The notes beneath the pieces are model-generated. The model made no database searches. It saw only the letters and a program-made list of their open reading frames with translations, and had not been told where the DNA came from. 64,000 bases of DNA from Flavobacteriales bacterium (GTDB lineage: Bacteria > Bacteroidota > Bacteroidia > CAIKAF01): assembly GCA_025055635.1 (NCBI GenBank), contig JANWWQ010000003.1, positions 4,849 through 68,848 on the forward strand. The letters are read 5' to 3'. Shown here piece after piece: positions 1-11,000 of this stretch. The number at the start of each line of letters is the position of its first letter. Position 1 is the stretch's first letter. A program made the translations under genes and the position numbers.

Positions 1-2
1 TG

Positions 3-2036
3 ATGAAATTCCTATGTTTTGCGACCGGTTTAATCTCAGGCCCTACGTTAGGTCTGCTGGCTCAAATGGAACGCCCAACTCACTGGACGGGTAGTCTTCA
101 TCGCAAAGACAGCACAAAAGCCGTTGTACGTCTTAAGGCCACCATTGATGCCGGCTGGCACCTTTATGCAATGAATGCCGATGAGGTGTTCTTACCTCTG
201 CAGTTTAAATTCCCAAAAAGTCCCTTCTATAAAAAAGTTGGAAAAGCTAGACAGCCAAAGCCCCATCATGAAGAATATGACGACATTATGCAGGGCGTAG
301 CCCGGTGGTTTGAAAAGGAAGCCATATTTGAACAGGACCTTGAGCTGCTTACCCAAGACGATTTTGAGTTAAAGGTTACAGTGGAAGGACAGGCCTGTAC
401 GGACTTAGGCAAATGCGTACAGGTGGAAGAAGAAATCATCATTCCAGTGAAAGGCACCACGGGCCGGAAAGCCCTTTTTAAGCCGGATTCCCTGCCACAC
501 GATAGTGTCCAGACCGCTTTACCAGCTGCTACTCTTGCTCCGAAGAAAACTTTACTTGACGATTCTAGCGAAGTGCCCATGCCAGAGCCTCTTAGTGACG
601 GTGTAATTAAAAAGCTGGATGATGCATGCGGTTCTAGTTCAGTTGCCAATGCTGACCGCAGTTTTTGGGGCATCTTTCTGGCGGGTTTTCTGGGAGGATT
701 CCTGGCGCTGCTTACCCCTTGCGTGTTTCCTATGATACCCTTAACGGTGAGCTTCTTCACCAAGCAGAGCCACGATCGCTCTAAAGGCCTCCGCAATGCT
801 ATTCTATATGCTTTGTCTATCCTTCTCATATACACGGGGTTAGGCTTCATCATCACGCGGCTCTTCGGGGCTGAAGCCCTCAATCAAATGGCCAGTTCGG
901 CCTTTTTCAATTTATTGTTCTTTGTGGTGTTCGTCATTTTTGCCATTTCTTTCTTCGGGGCTTTTGAGATTACTATTCCCAGCGGCTTCGTTAGCCGGGT
1001 AGACAAAGCATCCACGCGGGGCGGACTTTTGGGTATTTTTTTTATGGCCTTCACGCTGTCGCTGGTGTCGTTTTCGTGTACGGGGCCCATCATTGGCACC
1101 CTGCTTGTAGAGGCCGCACAGCATGGAAGCACCCAGGGCCCTTTGCTTGGCATGTTTGGTTTTTCGCTGGCTCTTGCGCTCCCCTTTGCCGTGTTTGCGG
1201 CCTTCCCCGGATGGCTGCAGAGCCTCCCGCGTTCCGGCGCTTGGCTTAATACCGTTAAGGTGACTTTAGGCTTTCTGGAGTTGGCCCTCGCCATGAAATT
1301 CATTTCCAATGTGGATCTGGCCTACCATTGGGGTATCATCCGGCGCGAGGTGTTCATTGCCCTGTGGATTGCCATTTTTGGACTCATGGGGATCTATCTG
1401 CTAGGTGGCTTGCGCTTCAAAGGTGATAGCGGGGAGCCGCTCTCCATTCCTCGCCTCTTGTTGGGTACCCTCACGCTCAGCTTTGTCATTTATCTGGTGC
1501 CGGGGCTTTGGGGGGCTCCTCTTCGTCTAATTTCTGGTTTTCCTCCACCCGATTTTTACGCTGAGTGGAAAAGCGAGGACAACACACAGTGTCCCCTTAA
1601 CCTGGATTGTGAACACGATTACACAAAAGCTATGCTGCGTGCGCGGCGACTTCAAAAACCCGTTATGTTGGATTTTACCGGTTGGAACTGTGTGAACTGC
1701 CGAAAAATGGAAGAAAATGTTTGGCCTGAAAAAGAAGTGATTTCTCTCCTTCGCAACGAGTACATTTTGGCTTCCCTGTATTGTGACGATAAGGCTCCCT
1801 TACCTCCCGCCCAACAATATCGCTCTGCCTTGACAGGAAAGCGCATCACCACGGTGGGGGGACGCTGGAGTGACTTCCAACAACAGTATTTCAAGGCCAA
1901 CTCTCAGCCACTTTACGTACTCATTTCTCCAGAGGGACGTTTGTTGGCAGCTCCCCGAGGATACACGCCCTCCCCGCGGGAATATGCTGCTTTTCTTCGG
2001 GAGGGCTTGTGCCGTTTTCGCCAGCTAAAAGAATAA
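3..2036 (+). CDS. dsbD: Thiol:disulfide interchange protein DsbD (N-terminal Ig-like, transmembrane and thioredoxin domains)
   Basis: GWHLY and CTDLGKC in the N-domain; LTPCVFPM and FSCTGP transmembrane cysteines; C-terminal DFTGWNCVNC thioredoxin motif. The start is at the window edge. Confidence 0.93.
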   Translation: MKFLCFATGLISGPTLGLLAQMERPTHWTGSLHRKDSTKAVVRLKATIDAGWHLYAMNADEVFLPLQFKFPKSPFYKKVGKARQPKPHHEEYDDIMQGVARWFEKEAIFEQDLELLTQDDFELKVTVEGQACTDLGKCVQVEEEIIIPVKGTTGRKALFKPDSLPHDSVQTALPAATLAPKKTLLDDSSEVPMPEPLSDGVIKKLDDACGSSSVANADRSFWGIFLAGFLGGFLALLTPCVFPMIPLTVSFFTKQSHDRSKGLRNAILYALSILLIYTGLGFIITRLFGAEALNQMASSAFFNLLFFVVFVIFAISFFGAFEITIPSGFVSRVDKASTRGGLLGIFFMAFTLSLVSFSCTGPIIGTLLVEAAQHGSTQGPLLGMFGFSLALALPFAVFAAFPGWLQSLPRSGAWLNTVKVTLGFLELALAMKFISNVDLAYHWGIIRREVFIALWIAIFGLMGIYLLGGLRFKGDSGEPLSIPRLLLGTLTLSFVIYLVPGLWGAPLRLISGFPPPDFYAEWKSEDNTQCPLNLDCEHDYTKAMLRARRLQKPVMLDFTGWNCVNCRKMEENVWPEKEVISLLRNEYILASLYCDDKAPLPPAQQYRSALTGKRITTVGGRWSDFQQQYFKANSQPLYVLISPEGRLLAAPRGYTPSPREYAAFLREGLCRFRQLKE

Positions 2037-2135
2037 AAAGTATCCCTTAGACTTTTTGGGGCCTGTCCCTGCAAGCTGGGGGCAAGTGGGCTGCCCTCTT
2101 CATACTCCTTGAAGCCCTCTTTCACTCAATTTCCT

Positions 2136-2143
2136 TAACTTTG
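2136..2143 (+). promoter_or_regulatory. Bacteroidota primary sigma -7 element (TAACTTTG) for tRNA-Arg
   Basis: Exact TAnnTTTG match ending 7 nt before the tRNA 5' end. Confidence 0.8.
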
Positions 2144-2150
2144 CACTGCT

Positions 2151-2224
2151 GCATCCGTAGTTCAACTGGATAGAACGTCGGATTCCGGTTCCGCAGGTTG
2201 GGGGTTCGAGTCCCTCCGGATGCA
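2151..2224 (+). tRNA. tRNA-Arg(CCG), CCA not encoded
   Basis: Acceptor stem GCATCCG/CGGATGC; D stem GTTC/GAAC; anticodon loop TTCCGGT with CCG at 2185-2187; T arm GGGGG-TTCGAGT-CCCTC; discriminator A2224. Confidence 0.95.
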
Positions 2225-2230
2225 CACCCG

Positions 2231-3442
2231 TCATCCCTCCCCCAAAAGCCGATAAATGGCCTCATAACGCTCCACCCCTTCTTCTAAATCAAAAAATTTT
2301 TTTGCCGCTTTCAGAGCATTGTTTCGGTACGTCTCATAATCCTGCTGCCACCTATCTATGGCTGCTTCATAATCATCCACAGAAAAGCCTTTCACCAGTA
2401 TGCCACAGTTGGCCTGCGTCACGATGGCGTCTACATCCCCCACACCCGAGTTGGTGATTACCGGTAATCCAGCAGCCAGCATTTCCCCCATTTTTACAGG
2501 AGAAGAAGCCAATTTGGAATAGGTAGGCCTCACAAAAAATAATCCTGCGTTGGCAGCTTTCAAAAGGCTGGGCATCTGGGACCTCTCTGCGGCCACCACT
2601 CTGATGCATTCAGGTTCCAGGCCAGCCATTTGCGCCGCCTGCCAGACCACATCATGTTCTCCTCGGTTCACTATTAAGAATGTAGAGTCTGGATTTCGTC
2701 GTCTATACACGGCGAAAAAATCCATCATCTCCCTCGGCATATACCAGGTACTCAGAGAACCCACGTAAATTAAAACAGACGATGAGTCCGGAATGCGAAG
2801 TATTTGTCGCGCCATTCGTCCCTCCTCCTCGGAACACTTGGAGAAAAATGCCACATCAGCAGCGCAGGGTATCACTGAGATTTTATCTTTCGGCAACCCG
2901 AATTTTTTCTGTATTTCCAACGCTCCGGCATGCGTGAGACTTACCACGTGTGCTGCATTACCCAACCACACCCTTTCTTGCCACTTGAAAAATTTGTACA
3001 CCATGTCATACACAGGGTGATTTGGAGGCCACAAGCCGCTTTCCCGTCTTTCGTCGGCATAAAAACCCCGCATATCGAACAGGAATTGAGCCTTTCGCCT
3101 TAGATGGTAGCCCGCAATGGCAGTGATATAACTGCGGCAGTGCACGATCTGAGGCTTCAGCTTTGGCCAAAGACGCCGGCACCAATACTCTAGCAGGACA
3201 ATATCCCACACCGTAGACAACACCGGAGGCTTTTTGTGGTATGGCAAAGGCGTCCAGCCTAAGCCTGCTGAAGATAATTCTGAACGTAGGGAAGCTAATT
3301 TTTCTTCAGAACGAATTTTCTCAAAAGATACAATGTGAATAGTGTGGCTGCGCGCTAATCTTGTCAGATAAGGTAATATCTGGCTCTGGCCCAATGGGTC
3401 GGTGAGGCCGTCGTAGGTGAGGTAAAGCACACGGACCATCAA
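2231..3442 (-). CDS. Glycosyltransferase family 4 (GT-B)
   Basis: N-terminal VLYLTYDGLTDPLGQSQILPYL; HCRSY; FDMRGF; LIYVGS; SPVKMGEMLAAGLPVI donor-binding motif. Confidence 0.9.
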   Translation of the reverse strand: MMVRVLYLTYDGLTDPLGQSQILPYLTRLARSHTIHIVSFEKIRSEEKLASLRSELSSAGLGWTPLPYHKKPPVLSTVWDIVLLEYWCRRLWPKLKPQIVHCRSYITAIAGYHLRRKAQFLFDMRGFYADERRESGLWPPNHPVYDMVYKFFKWQERVWLGNAAHVVSLTHAGALEIQKKFGLPKDKISVIPCAADVAFFSKCSEEEGRMARQILRIPDSSSVLIYVGSLSTWYMPREMMDFFAVYRRRNPDSTFLIVNRGEHDVVWQAAQMAGLEPECIRVVAAERSQMPSLLKAANAGLFFVRPTYSKLASSPVKMGEMLAAGLPVITNSGVGDVDAIVTQANCGILVKGFSVDDYEAAIDRWQQDYETYRNNALKAAKKFFDLEEGVERYEAIYRLLGEG

Positions 3443-3659
3443 GGAAAAGTAGTTCAGGAGATTTAATTTATTTCAATACTTAAAATGCCCATTAAGATGT
3501 AATGATTTTTGTGGCTTTTTCTTTTGATAAAATACACCTACAACAAAAAACTCAATAAATCATATAAATAAAAATGCGAAATAGAACCTCCTCAGAGAAA
3601 GATAAAATAATTCGCTTTACCAAAAATCTACCTAAAAATAAAATTTCATAAAAGTTATG

Positions 3660-4898
3660 TTATGCTTCATTTGCTAATATGGCTTTATGATGAATAATCA
3701 AAAATGTTAAGACAGAATAGAATATTAAATAATAACCAAAACTATAACATATGGGGGGCAATGTCCAAACATGTGACAGTAAAATGATAGAAAAAATGGT
3801 GACGCACATCAAGCGAATGCTTTCTGAGGAATAGGCTTGATGCTTGCCGTCCCACCAAAAGCCCATGGATAAAATATGCCATAAGAGAAAGATTAGAAGG
3901 GCACTCCAGAAGGATACAGGAGTTTTTGAGGCTATGGCAAGGAGAAAAAGAGCCTGACCCAAAAAATGACCAAATTGCCAGAAGAAAAACATTTTCTCGG
4001 TCAGATTAAGTGTAGGGTCTTTTTTTATAGATATTTTTGATGGCTCACGAATTTTAAAACTAAAATCGCTAAATTTTGCGGGAGACATCCATAATGTCAT
4101 TATTTTACTTTTCCAGTTATTCTCAGAAGTCATGAAATGCAAGATCTCGCCAAAGTGGTGGATGTTTGCGTAAAGGGGATTCCATGATCGTAAGGGATGT
4201 GTAATACCATATTCAGGGGTTTCTTCTTCGGCCTGAAAAGTGCCAAAGAGACGATCCCAAATAATCAGAACACCTCCGTGGTTTTTGTCCAAGTACTTGG
4301 GCTGTCGTCCGTGGTGAACCCTATGATGGGAAGGAGTATTAAAGATAAATTCTACCCATGCAGGAAGCTTTTTTATATATGAAGTATGAATCCAGTATTG
4401 ATAAAGGATGTCCAAAGCAGAAACCACAATTAGCATTTGGGTACTAAAGCCTAAAATTGCCAGAGGTATAAACAGAAACCAGGTGGTGAGCACCTGGAAC
4501 CATGGCTGACGCAAAGCCACAGTGAGGTTAAAGGCCTCCGAACTATGATGGGGTACATGGCCGGCCCACATGAAATTGACTTCGTGCCCTAGCCGGTGAG
4601 CCCAATAATAAATGAAGTCAAATAATATAAAAAATACCATAGCTGTCCAGAAATTATCTGGGATACTAAAAAGAGAAAACCGACGGGATACCAAGTCGTA
4701 AACTCCGATCATGGCGGTTTTGATAACTAGGCTAAGCAATACTTCACCAATTCCGATGTACAAGTTTGAGAGAGTATCTCTCAGACTTTTATAATATCGC
4801 CAGCCGTTGCGGGAATCCGCCAACAACTCCAGGCCCAGGAGAACCCCAAAGTAGGGGAGAGCCCATAAAACTATGGAGGCGCTTTCCAGCATTTTCAA
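3660..4898 (-). CDS. Fatty acid hydroxylase / sterol desaturase family membrane di-iron enzyme, alkylglycerol monooxygenase-like
   Basis: His boxes HRLGHE, HVPHH, WIHT and HHRVHH; NHGGVLIIWDRLFGTF; several TM segments. The ATG at 4892 is an alternative start. Confidence 0.88.
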   Translation of the reverse strand: MKMLESASIVLWALPYFGVLLGLELLADSRNGWRYYKSLRDTLSNLYIGIGEVLLSLVIKTAMIGVYDLVSRRFSLFSIPDNFWTAMVFFILFDFIYYWAHRLGHEVNFMWAGHVPHHSSEAFNLTVALRQPWFQVLTTWFLFIPLAILGFSTQMLIVVSALDILYQYWIHTSYIKKLPAWVEFIFNTPSHHRVHHGRQPKYLDKNHGGVLIIWDRLFGTFQAEEETPEYGITHPLRSWNPLYANIHHFGEILHFMTSENNWKSKIMTLWMSPAKFSDFSFKIREPSKISIKKDPTLNLTEKMFFFWQFGHFLGQALFLLAIASKTPVSFWSALLIFLLWHILSMGFWWDGKHQAYSSESIRLMCVTIFSIILLSHVWTLPPICYSFGYYLIFYSVLTFLIIHHKAILANEA

Positions 4899-4911
4899 AG
4901 TCTAAATTAAT

Positions 4912-4938
4912 AAAAAAAACCCCTCAGAAAAAGAGGGG
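4912..4938 (-). terminator. Intrinsic terminator after gldJ
   Basis: Minus strand reads CCCCTC-TTTTTCT-GAGGGG followed by T8, about 28 nt after the gldJ stop. Confidence 0.75.
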
Positions 4939-4966
4939 CAACAGTTTTAATTCCTAAATTATGCCT

Positions 4967-6556
4967 TTATTTACTCAGGAGCTTTTTACCTTTTACCATT
5001 TTTTTGGGACTTACGTCTTTAATGTTTTTCTTCCTGATTTTACCCTTGCCAAGCCCCACTGGACTGCCCACGCGGTCCATGGCACAGCGAAAACCTATCC
5101 AATCCGTGGAGGCCCTTTCGTCCAACCAACGGCGCGTGCCTGCCACCATCCAGTAAGCAGGATCTTTCCACGACCCGCCTTTTACCACTTTGGCCTTATC
5201 GTCAATGAGCCGGTAAACTGTCCACTGCCCATCATCAAACTGTTGGTACATTAGCTTGTCCTTCTTGGAAGGATCCGCATACTCTTCATCATCATAGTAC
5301 AAAGAGGAGGTGTAGTCTCCATCAAGGTAATCACGGTAATCGGCCTTTTTATAATTTCTCCGTTCTAAATTTTCTTCTTCCGTAACTTCCACATAACGAA
5401 TTCTCCCTAAAGAATCCTTTTCCTCCACGTTCCCATCTGCATCTAAAAGCTTTTTCTTGAAAATATTACCTCGGAAGGGATTGTAATCATCCATATCCAT
5501 AAGGGAGAGGGGGCGATAAGTATCCATCACCCATTCTGCTACATTACCAGCCATGTTGTAGAGGCCGTAATCGTTTGGCCAATATTTATAAACAGGCACA
5601 GTGATAAAACCCGCATCGTTAAGGCGTCCGGCAGATCCCATATAGTCGCCGCGTCCCCGACGGAAGTTGGCTAAAAAGTCACCCTTGAAGGCGTCGTTGG
5701 GATTACGGGCAATATGACCTGTCCATGGATACATTTTACGGTCCTTAATAATCTCACGATCAGTTTCGGGATCTGTATTTCCGATAAGGGCCAAGGCTGC
5801 ATATTCCCACTCAGCTTCGGTCGGAAGTCGGTAACGGGGCAAAAGAATCCCATCTTCCATGCGGACGTTGCGTACGCCTTGGCCGTTGGGATTCAGGTCC
5901 ACGAGTCCGCCCTGACGGGTGGTAAGGCCCTGATACTGATAATGCAAGTATGCCTCTGTGTTGAAATTGTCTTCGGCTTTTTGATTGGGGTTGGTTTTGA
6001 GAATGTTTTCTCGGATGAGGATGATTTCGTTTACCCGATCCGTGCGCCAGGTGCAATAGTCATTACATTGTATCCAGCTGACGCCCACCACAGGATATTC
6101 GTTGTAGGCAGGATGACGGAGATACCACTCCACATAGGGTTCGTTGTAACCCAGCTTTGATCGCCAAACCAGGGTATCTGGCAAAGCTTTCCGATATACT
6201 TCAGGATAATCCTCTTTCCAGACCCGATAAATCCAATATAAGTATTCTCTGTAATCCAGGTTTGTAATTTCAGTCTCATCCATGTAGAAAGAATGCACTG
6301 ATACCCGACGTGGCATATTGTTCCAATCGTACATCACATCTTGTTCGGTGCGGCCCATTACGAAAGTGCCCCCTTCGATGAGAATCAGTCCAGGCCCAGT
6401 TTCTTGCTCGGTGTAGGGCACCTTTTCAAATCCACCATTTCGGCGATCGTTATAGGCCCAACCGGTGGTGGCTGAGACTTCTTGCTTGCAGGAACTAAGT
6501 GCACCTGCGAGGGATAAGACACTCACCACAGACACAGCGAAATTTCTCAGAGTCAT
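4967..6556 (-). CDS. gldJ: Gliding motility lipoprotein GldJ (FGE-sulfatase fold)
   Basis: Lipobox LSSC; SATTGW; IEGGTFVMG; YPVVGVSW; RLPTEAEWEYAA; NMAGNVAEWV; IGFRCAM; divergent from porU-porV as in Flavobacteria. Confidence 0.88.
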   Translation of the reverse strand: MTLRNFAVSVVSVLSLAGALSSCKQEVSATTGWAYNDRRNGGFEKVPYTEQETGPGLILIEGGTFVMGRTEQDVMYDWNNMPRRVSVHSFYMDETEITNLDYREYLYWIYRVWKEDYPEVYRKALPDTLVWRSKLGYNEPYVEWYLRHPAYNEYPVVGVSWIQCNDYCTWRTDRVNEIILIRENILKTNPNQKAEDNFNTEAYLHYQYQGLTTRQGGLVDLNPNGQGVRNVRMEDGILLPRYRLPTEAEWEYAALALIGNTDPETDREIIKDRKMYPWTGHIARNPNDAFKGDFLANFRRGRGDYMGSAGRLNDAGFITVPVYKYWPNDYGLYNMAGNVAEWVMDTYRPLSLMDMDDYNPFRGNIFKKKLLDADGNVEEKDSLGRIRYVEVTEEENLERRNYKKADYRDYLDGDYTSSLYYDDEEYADPSKKDKLMYQQFDDGQWTVYRLIDDKAKVVKGGSWKDPAYWMVAGTRRWLDERASTDWIGFRCAMDRVGSPVGLGKGKIRKKNIKDVSPKKMVKGKKLLSK

Positions 6557-6635
6557 ATTCTTGATTTTCTTTAATTAATTTATTTGATTTTGATAACGAT
6601 AATTTTTTCAAAATGTTATAAGGGTTTTGGTGATT

Positions 6636-7610
6636 TCAAAATGAGGGACACCGAACGGTGCGAAATCTGCGGATGGGGGGACGACAGGGTATGATAAAAC
6701 CCATAGAGACTTCATGAGCTCCTCCCGTCCTATTAGTAAGTCGGGAAATGGTAAAATCATAGCTGTAACCTACCTTGAAATTATTCTTTTGAATGCCAGC
6801 AAGCATTATAAAAGAATCCAGATTGCGGTACCATAAGCCACCTACGAAGACGCCCTTCGTGGCATAGAAACCTACGTTCAACTGACGAAAGTTTTGTTGC
6901 ATCTGAAACAGAATATTGGGCGAAATGGAGGCCGGCGATACATACTTGCTCCTCTGGTTAAGCTGAAAAACAGCACCGGCATGGACGGTAATTTTCATTG
7001 GTAACCGGCTGACGCCCAGAAAGCCTTCGTTGGGTTGGGTGACATGGCTTACAGCAACCCCCCCATAAAATTTATCAGAATAAATTATGGTGCCGGCGTT
7101 CACGTCAAAGAAACGGGTCACTTCCAAAGGACGTTGCTCCTGGGTATTATAAATAAAACCGTAGCGGGCATCAATCTGGTCGCCGAAGGTGAGCTTGCTC
7201 CAGTCAATGTTACGTTGGCCGTAAGAACCTTGTAGACCAAAACGCATGGAAAGCTTGCGGTTGATGTTGAGCAAGTAGGAATACATAGCACCCACGTAAG
7301 TGGTCCGAAGTGTATTGTTGGCCGACATGTCTACATAGGCATTTATGCCAATGCCACCCTGAATGGCATCTATATGCTGGTCATAAGAGGCACTATAGGT
7401 AACGAAATTCCCTGAAATGGCCGGCCACTGGTTGCGGTAATTAAGACTGAAACGTGCACAACGGGCTGAACCTGCAAAAGCCGGATTAAGGTACAGGTGA
7501 TTGGCATAAAATTGGGAGAACTGAGGATCCTGAGCACCGACATCTTCCAGTGAGAATGAAAGAGCAACGAAGGCGGCCATCAGAATCCTGGTAATCCGGT
7601 AGAGGGGCAT
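6636..7610 (-). CDS. T9SS PorP/SprF family outer-membrane beta-barrel
   Basis: AQDPQFSQFY, LNPAFAG, NYRNQW, GYSYD and GAHEVS family motifs. Start moved to the ATG at 7610. Confidence 0.92.
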   Translation of the reverse strand: MPLYRITRILMAAFVALSFSLEDVGAQDPQFSQFYANHLYLNPAFAGSARCARFSLNYRNQWPAISGNFVTYSASYDQHIDAIQGGIGINAYVDMSANNTLRTTYVGAMYSYLLNINRKLSMRFGLQGSYGQRNIDWSKLTFGDQIDARYGFIYNTQEQRPLEVTRFFDVNAGTIIYSDKFYGGVAVSHVTQPNEGFLGVSRLPMKITVHAGAVFQLNQRSKYVSPASISPNILFQMQQNFRQLNVGFYATKGVFVGGLWYRNLDSFIMLAGIQKNNFKVGYSYDFTISRLTNRTGGAHEVSMGFIIPCRPPIRRFRTVRCPSF

Positions 7611-7677
7611 GAACAGAGTAAAGTTAGGTAAATAACGAAATTTATGTATCAAAAGTTACACAATTCTTTTTCACCTC

Positions 7678-7685
7678 CAAAAGTA
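7678..7685 (-). promoter_or_regulatory. -7 element (TACTTTTG) for porP-gldJ
   Basis: Exact TAnnTTTG on the minus strand upstream of porP; a second match (TATATTTG) lies at 7763-7770. Confidence 0.55.
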
Positions 7686-7982
7686 CAAATTTTTCCAAAA
7701 ATTTTCGGTGCAAAAATTCTTGGAAATAACCTAAAAGTGGCTGATAGGCTATTTGCACGATGCAAATATATTAGAAACACTTTCCCTATTGATGCCCTTA
7801 ATGGGCTTTGAGGTCAGTTAAAACAGGTTTAAGGAGACTACAGTAAACTGTGGAAGGCCTTGACCGGCAAGAAATTATGGGAGTCGGAGTAATCGGTGGT
7901 TATGCTTTAATTTTTATTTTTAAAAAGCGTAAAGGTCTCTTGACCAAAATATTTCAAAAGTCGATCTTAAAAAAGTACTAAA

Positions 7983-7990
7983 TACCTTTG
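7983..7990 (+). promoter_or_regulatory. -7 element (TACCTTTG) for porU
   Basis: Exact TAnnTTTG ending 37 nt before the TTG start. Confidence 0.65.
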
Positions 7991-8027
7991 TTGAGCGTTA
8001 ATCTCTTTCTCAAATCGGCCTGCTCAT

Positions 8028-11000
8028 TTGAAAAAGAATATCCATCGTTTCACAAAGCCTGCTATCTTAATCGCCCTGACCCTTAATGTGGTTCTTGGAG
8101 ACGGGCCTTTTTTGCTACGTGCTCAGGATTTTTACAATTATAAATCCACTTCTCTTCTGGCTACGGGACTGTGGTATAAGCTGGGTGTGATCGATGATGG
8201 AGTATATGTAGTGAAAGGTCAGGATTTGGTTCAGTGGGGCGTTCCGGCGCTTGGAAAGCCTTTAGCATCTTTCCGTCTGTTTGGTCATGGAGGTCTGATG
8301 CTTTTTGAAAGATCCGATTCCACCCCGGTGGACGATGTCCAGGAGGTGCCCCTATGGGTGGTGGATGTCAACGGAAATGGACTCATGGACGCTGAGGACG
8401 GGCTTTTCTTCTTTGGGAAGGGGCCCTTAGACTGGAGGTATGACAACAGCTGTCTGCGCTACTCCCACCAAACTCATCTCTACAGCGACACAGCCTATTA
8501 CTTTTTAAATTTCGGAGAACCTGTTGAGGGACTGCGCCTGAGCATGGCTGAGGAGGCCCTTGGTTCTCCTGATACGGTGGTAGCAGCGCGGGAACATTTG
8601 GTGTTGATCGAAAAAGATTCGGTGAACCTGATTCGTTCCGGGCGGCAATGGTTCTGGCGGCGGTTTGACGTGCTGAGCCAGCACCAGTTTACCTTGAACA
8701 TCCCCCACCTGACGGGCAAGCCCCTGTCTGTGAGGAGTGCTGTGGCCGAGCGTTGCCTTACTTCTCCTGGTCAGATGGTCTTGCGAGTCAATGGCGTACA
8801 GGTGTTGCAGCATACTCCTCCCCTGGTGTCAGACCATTACGAGGCGCCCCTTGCATCCTGGGAAGCCCGGTGTGGAACGGCTAGTCTTGCTTCCGAACAG
8901 ATTGTTCTGCAAATGGTGAAGGTGGACAACACTTGCGAGACGGCCTGGCTGGATTTCATTGAACTTAAGGTAGAACGCTATAATGTTAAAGAGGAGGGCT
9001 CGCAGCTATTTCTGATGCATAGCGAAACGGTGGGGAAAAATAGAGTGGATTATCAGCTCAACGGAGCGCTAAGCGGGGTGAAAGTGTGGGAAGTAACCCA
9101 ACCCTCCCGTCCCGTCGAGTGGCCGCTTAATGGCAGTGTGGTTAGAACATTTGGGGGGCAGGTGCCCCGCCGCTTTGTGGCATTTAAACCGGAAGAGGCC
9201 TTACGCCCCCATTTTTTTGGCCGAATAGAAAATCAGAATTTGCATGCACTGCCTTCCCCGGATCTTATCATCATATCGCCGCCTGATTTTCAGGAAGAGG
9301 CAAAGAGACTGGCTGATTTTCGCCAAGCGCACGATGGGTTGGAAGCCATCGTTGTAACCCCGCAGCAGATTTATAACGAATTTTCCCATGGCCAGCAGGA
9401 TATTACGGCTATCCGCAACTTTTTGCAGATGTTTTACTTACGGGGCTTGCAGGGTCAGAAAATGCCTCGCTATGTTTTGCTTTTCGGCGACGCCAGTTAT
9501 GACTATAAAACCCACCTGAACCGTACCTACCGCATGGAAGGCTCAAAAATGGTCAACATTAACACCAACTTCGTACCCACTTACCAAAGCACCAATTCCC
9601 TTTCGCGCAATGGATTGAGCTTCGGCAGCGACGAGTTTTATGCCTTTTTGAGACCAGGTACCGGCCTCCATGAAACCATGGTGTACGGTCCAGCGCAACA
9701 GGATATAGCTATCGGAAGACTCACGGTAAGGAATCGCGAAGAGGCTGCCAAGGTGGTTGATAAGCTAATCCGTTATTCCTCTTCGCCGGCTTGCCTGAAG
9801 CCCTGGCGCAACGAGGTGCTTTTTGTAGCGGATGATATGGACGAGCCATGGGAAAACATCTTCGTGTACACCTCAGAGGACATGAGTGGCATACTGAAAA
9901 ACGAATTCCCCGTATGGAACCGGGCTAAAATTTATCTGGATGCTTATAGGCAAGTCATCTCCTCCGGCCAGCGATACCCAGATGCCCAAAGAGAACTGGA
10001 TCTGCGCATGAAGTTAGGGACTTTATTCATTTCTTACGTGGGCCATGGCGGAGAGACCGGCTGGGCTAGCGAACGTCTTCTGGGCATGGCTCAGATTGAT
10101 GCCTTAACCAATGCCCATGCTTTGCCATTATACTACACAGCCACTTGTACTTTCACACGATTTGACGACCCTCATTTGCGCTCTGGCGGAGAACGGTTAA
10201 TTGAAATGGATCAGGGAGGGGCCATCGGGCTCATATCCACGACACGTTCCACCACGGTCATTGGTAGTTTTAATAAAAACATCATTCGAAACATGATGTC
10301 CTACACATCCCAGACTGATATGCCTCGACTTGGCGACATTCTGCGCAAAAGCAAAAATCAGTATGGCGGCACATATCCCCTGATGCTGCTATTTGGCGAT
10401 CCCTCGCAGCGCTTGGCTTATCCGGAGCACGTGGTGAGAGCTACCAACATCACAGTGGATGGCCAAGAAACCGACACTATGAAGGCCACCTCGCTCGTTA
10501 CCGTGAAAGGGGTAATAGAAAACCGTGACGGACAGTTGCTTTCTGATTTCAACGGACGTATTTATTTCACACAGTTTGACAAGCCGGGGCAAACTACTAC
10601 GCTGCAGAATGATCCTCAGGCCCAGAAAATTCCTTTTGAGGTGGAAAGGAACATTGTATTCCGCGGGCAGGGATTGGTCCAGAATGGGCATTGGTCGGTG
10701 ACGTTTAAGGTTCCAATTGATATCCAATACACAGTGGGCAAGGCCAAGATGAGTTTATATGCCGAAAACGGCTTTACGGATGCCCACGGATATCAGGAAT
10801 TTTACATTGGCGGTTCAGCGGGCAACTGCCCTAATCAGCAAGGGCCCGAAGTGCAGTTATTTCTAAACGACAGTCTGTATCAGGAAGGTGATGTGGCAGG
10901 CACCAACCTGGCAGTGTACGTGAGGCTTAGCGATTCAGACGGTATCAACACCACCGGTGCAGGTATTGGACACGATCTGATGGCTGTATTGGAAGGTCCA

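Noticed and set aside
266-1309. Antisense ORFs of 205 and 141 aa inside dsbD (similarly 61413-62018, 42843-43319, 32315-32785)
   Set aside because: They are shadows of well-supported genes on the opposite strand and have no recognisable motifs.
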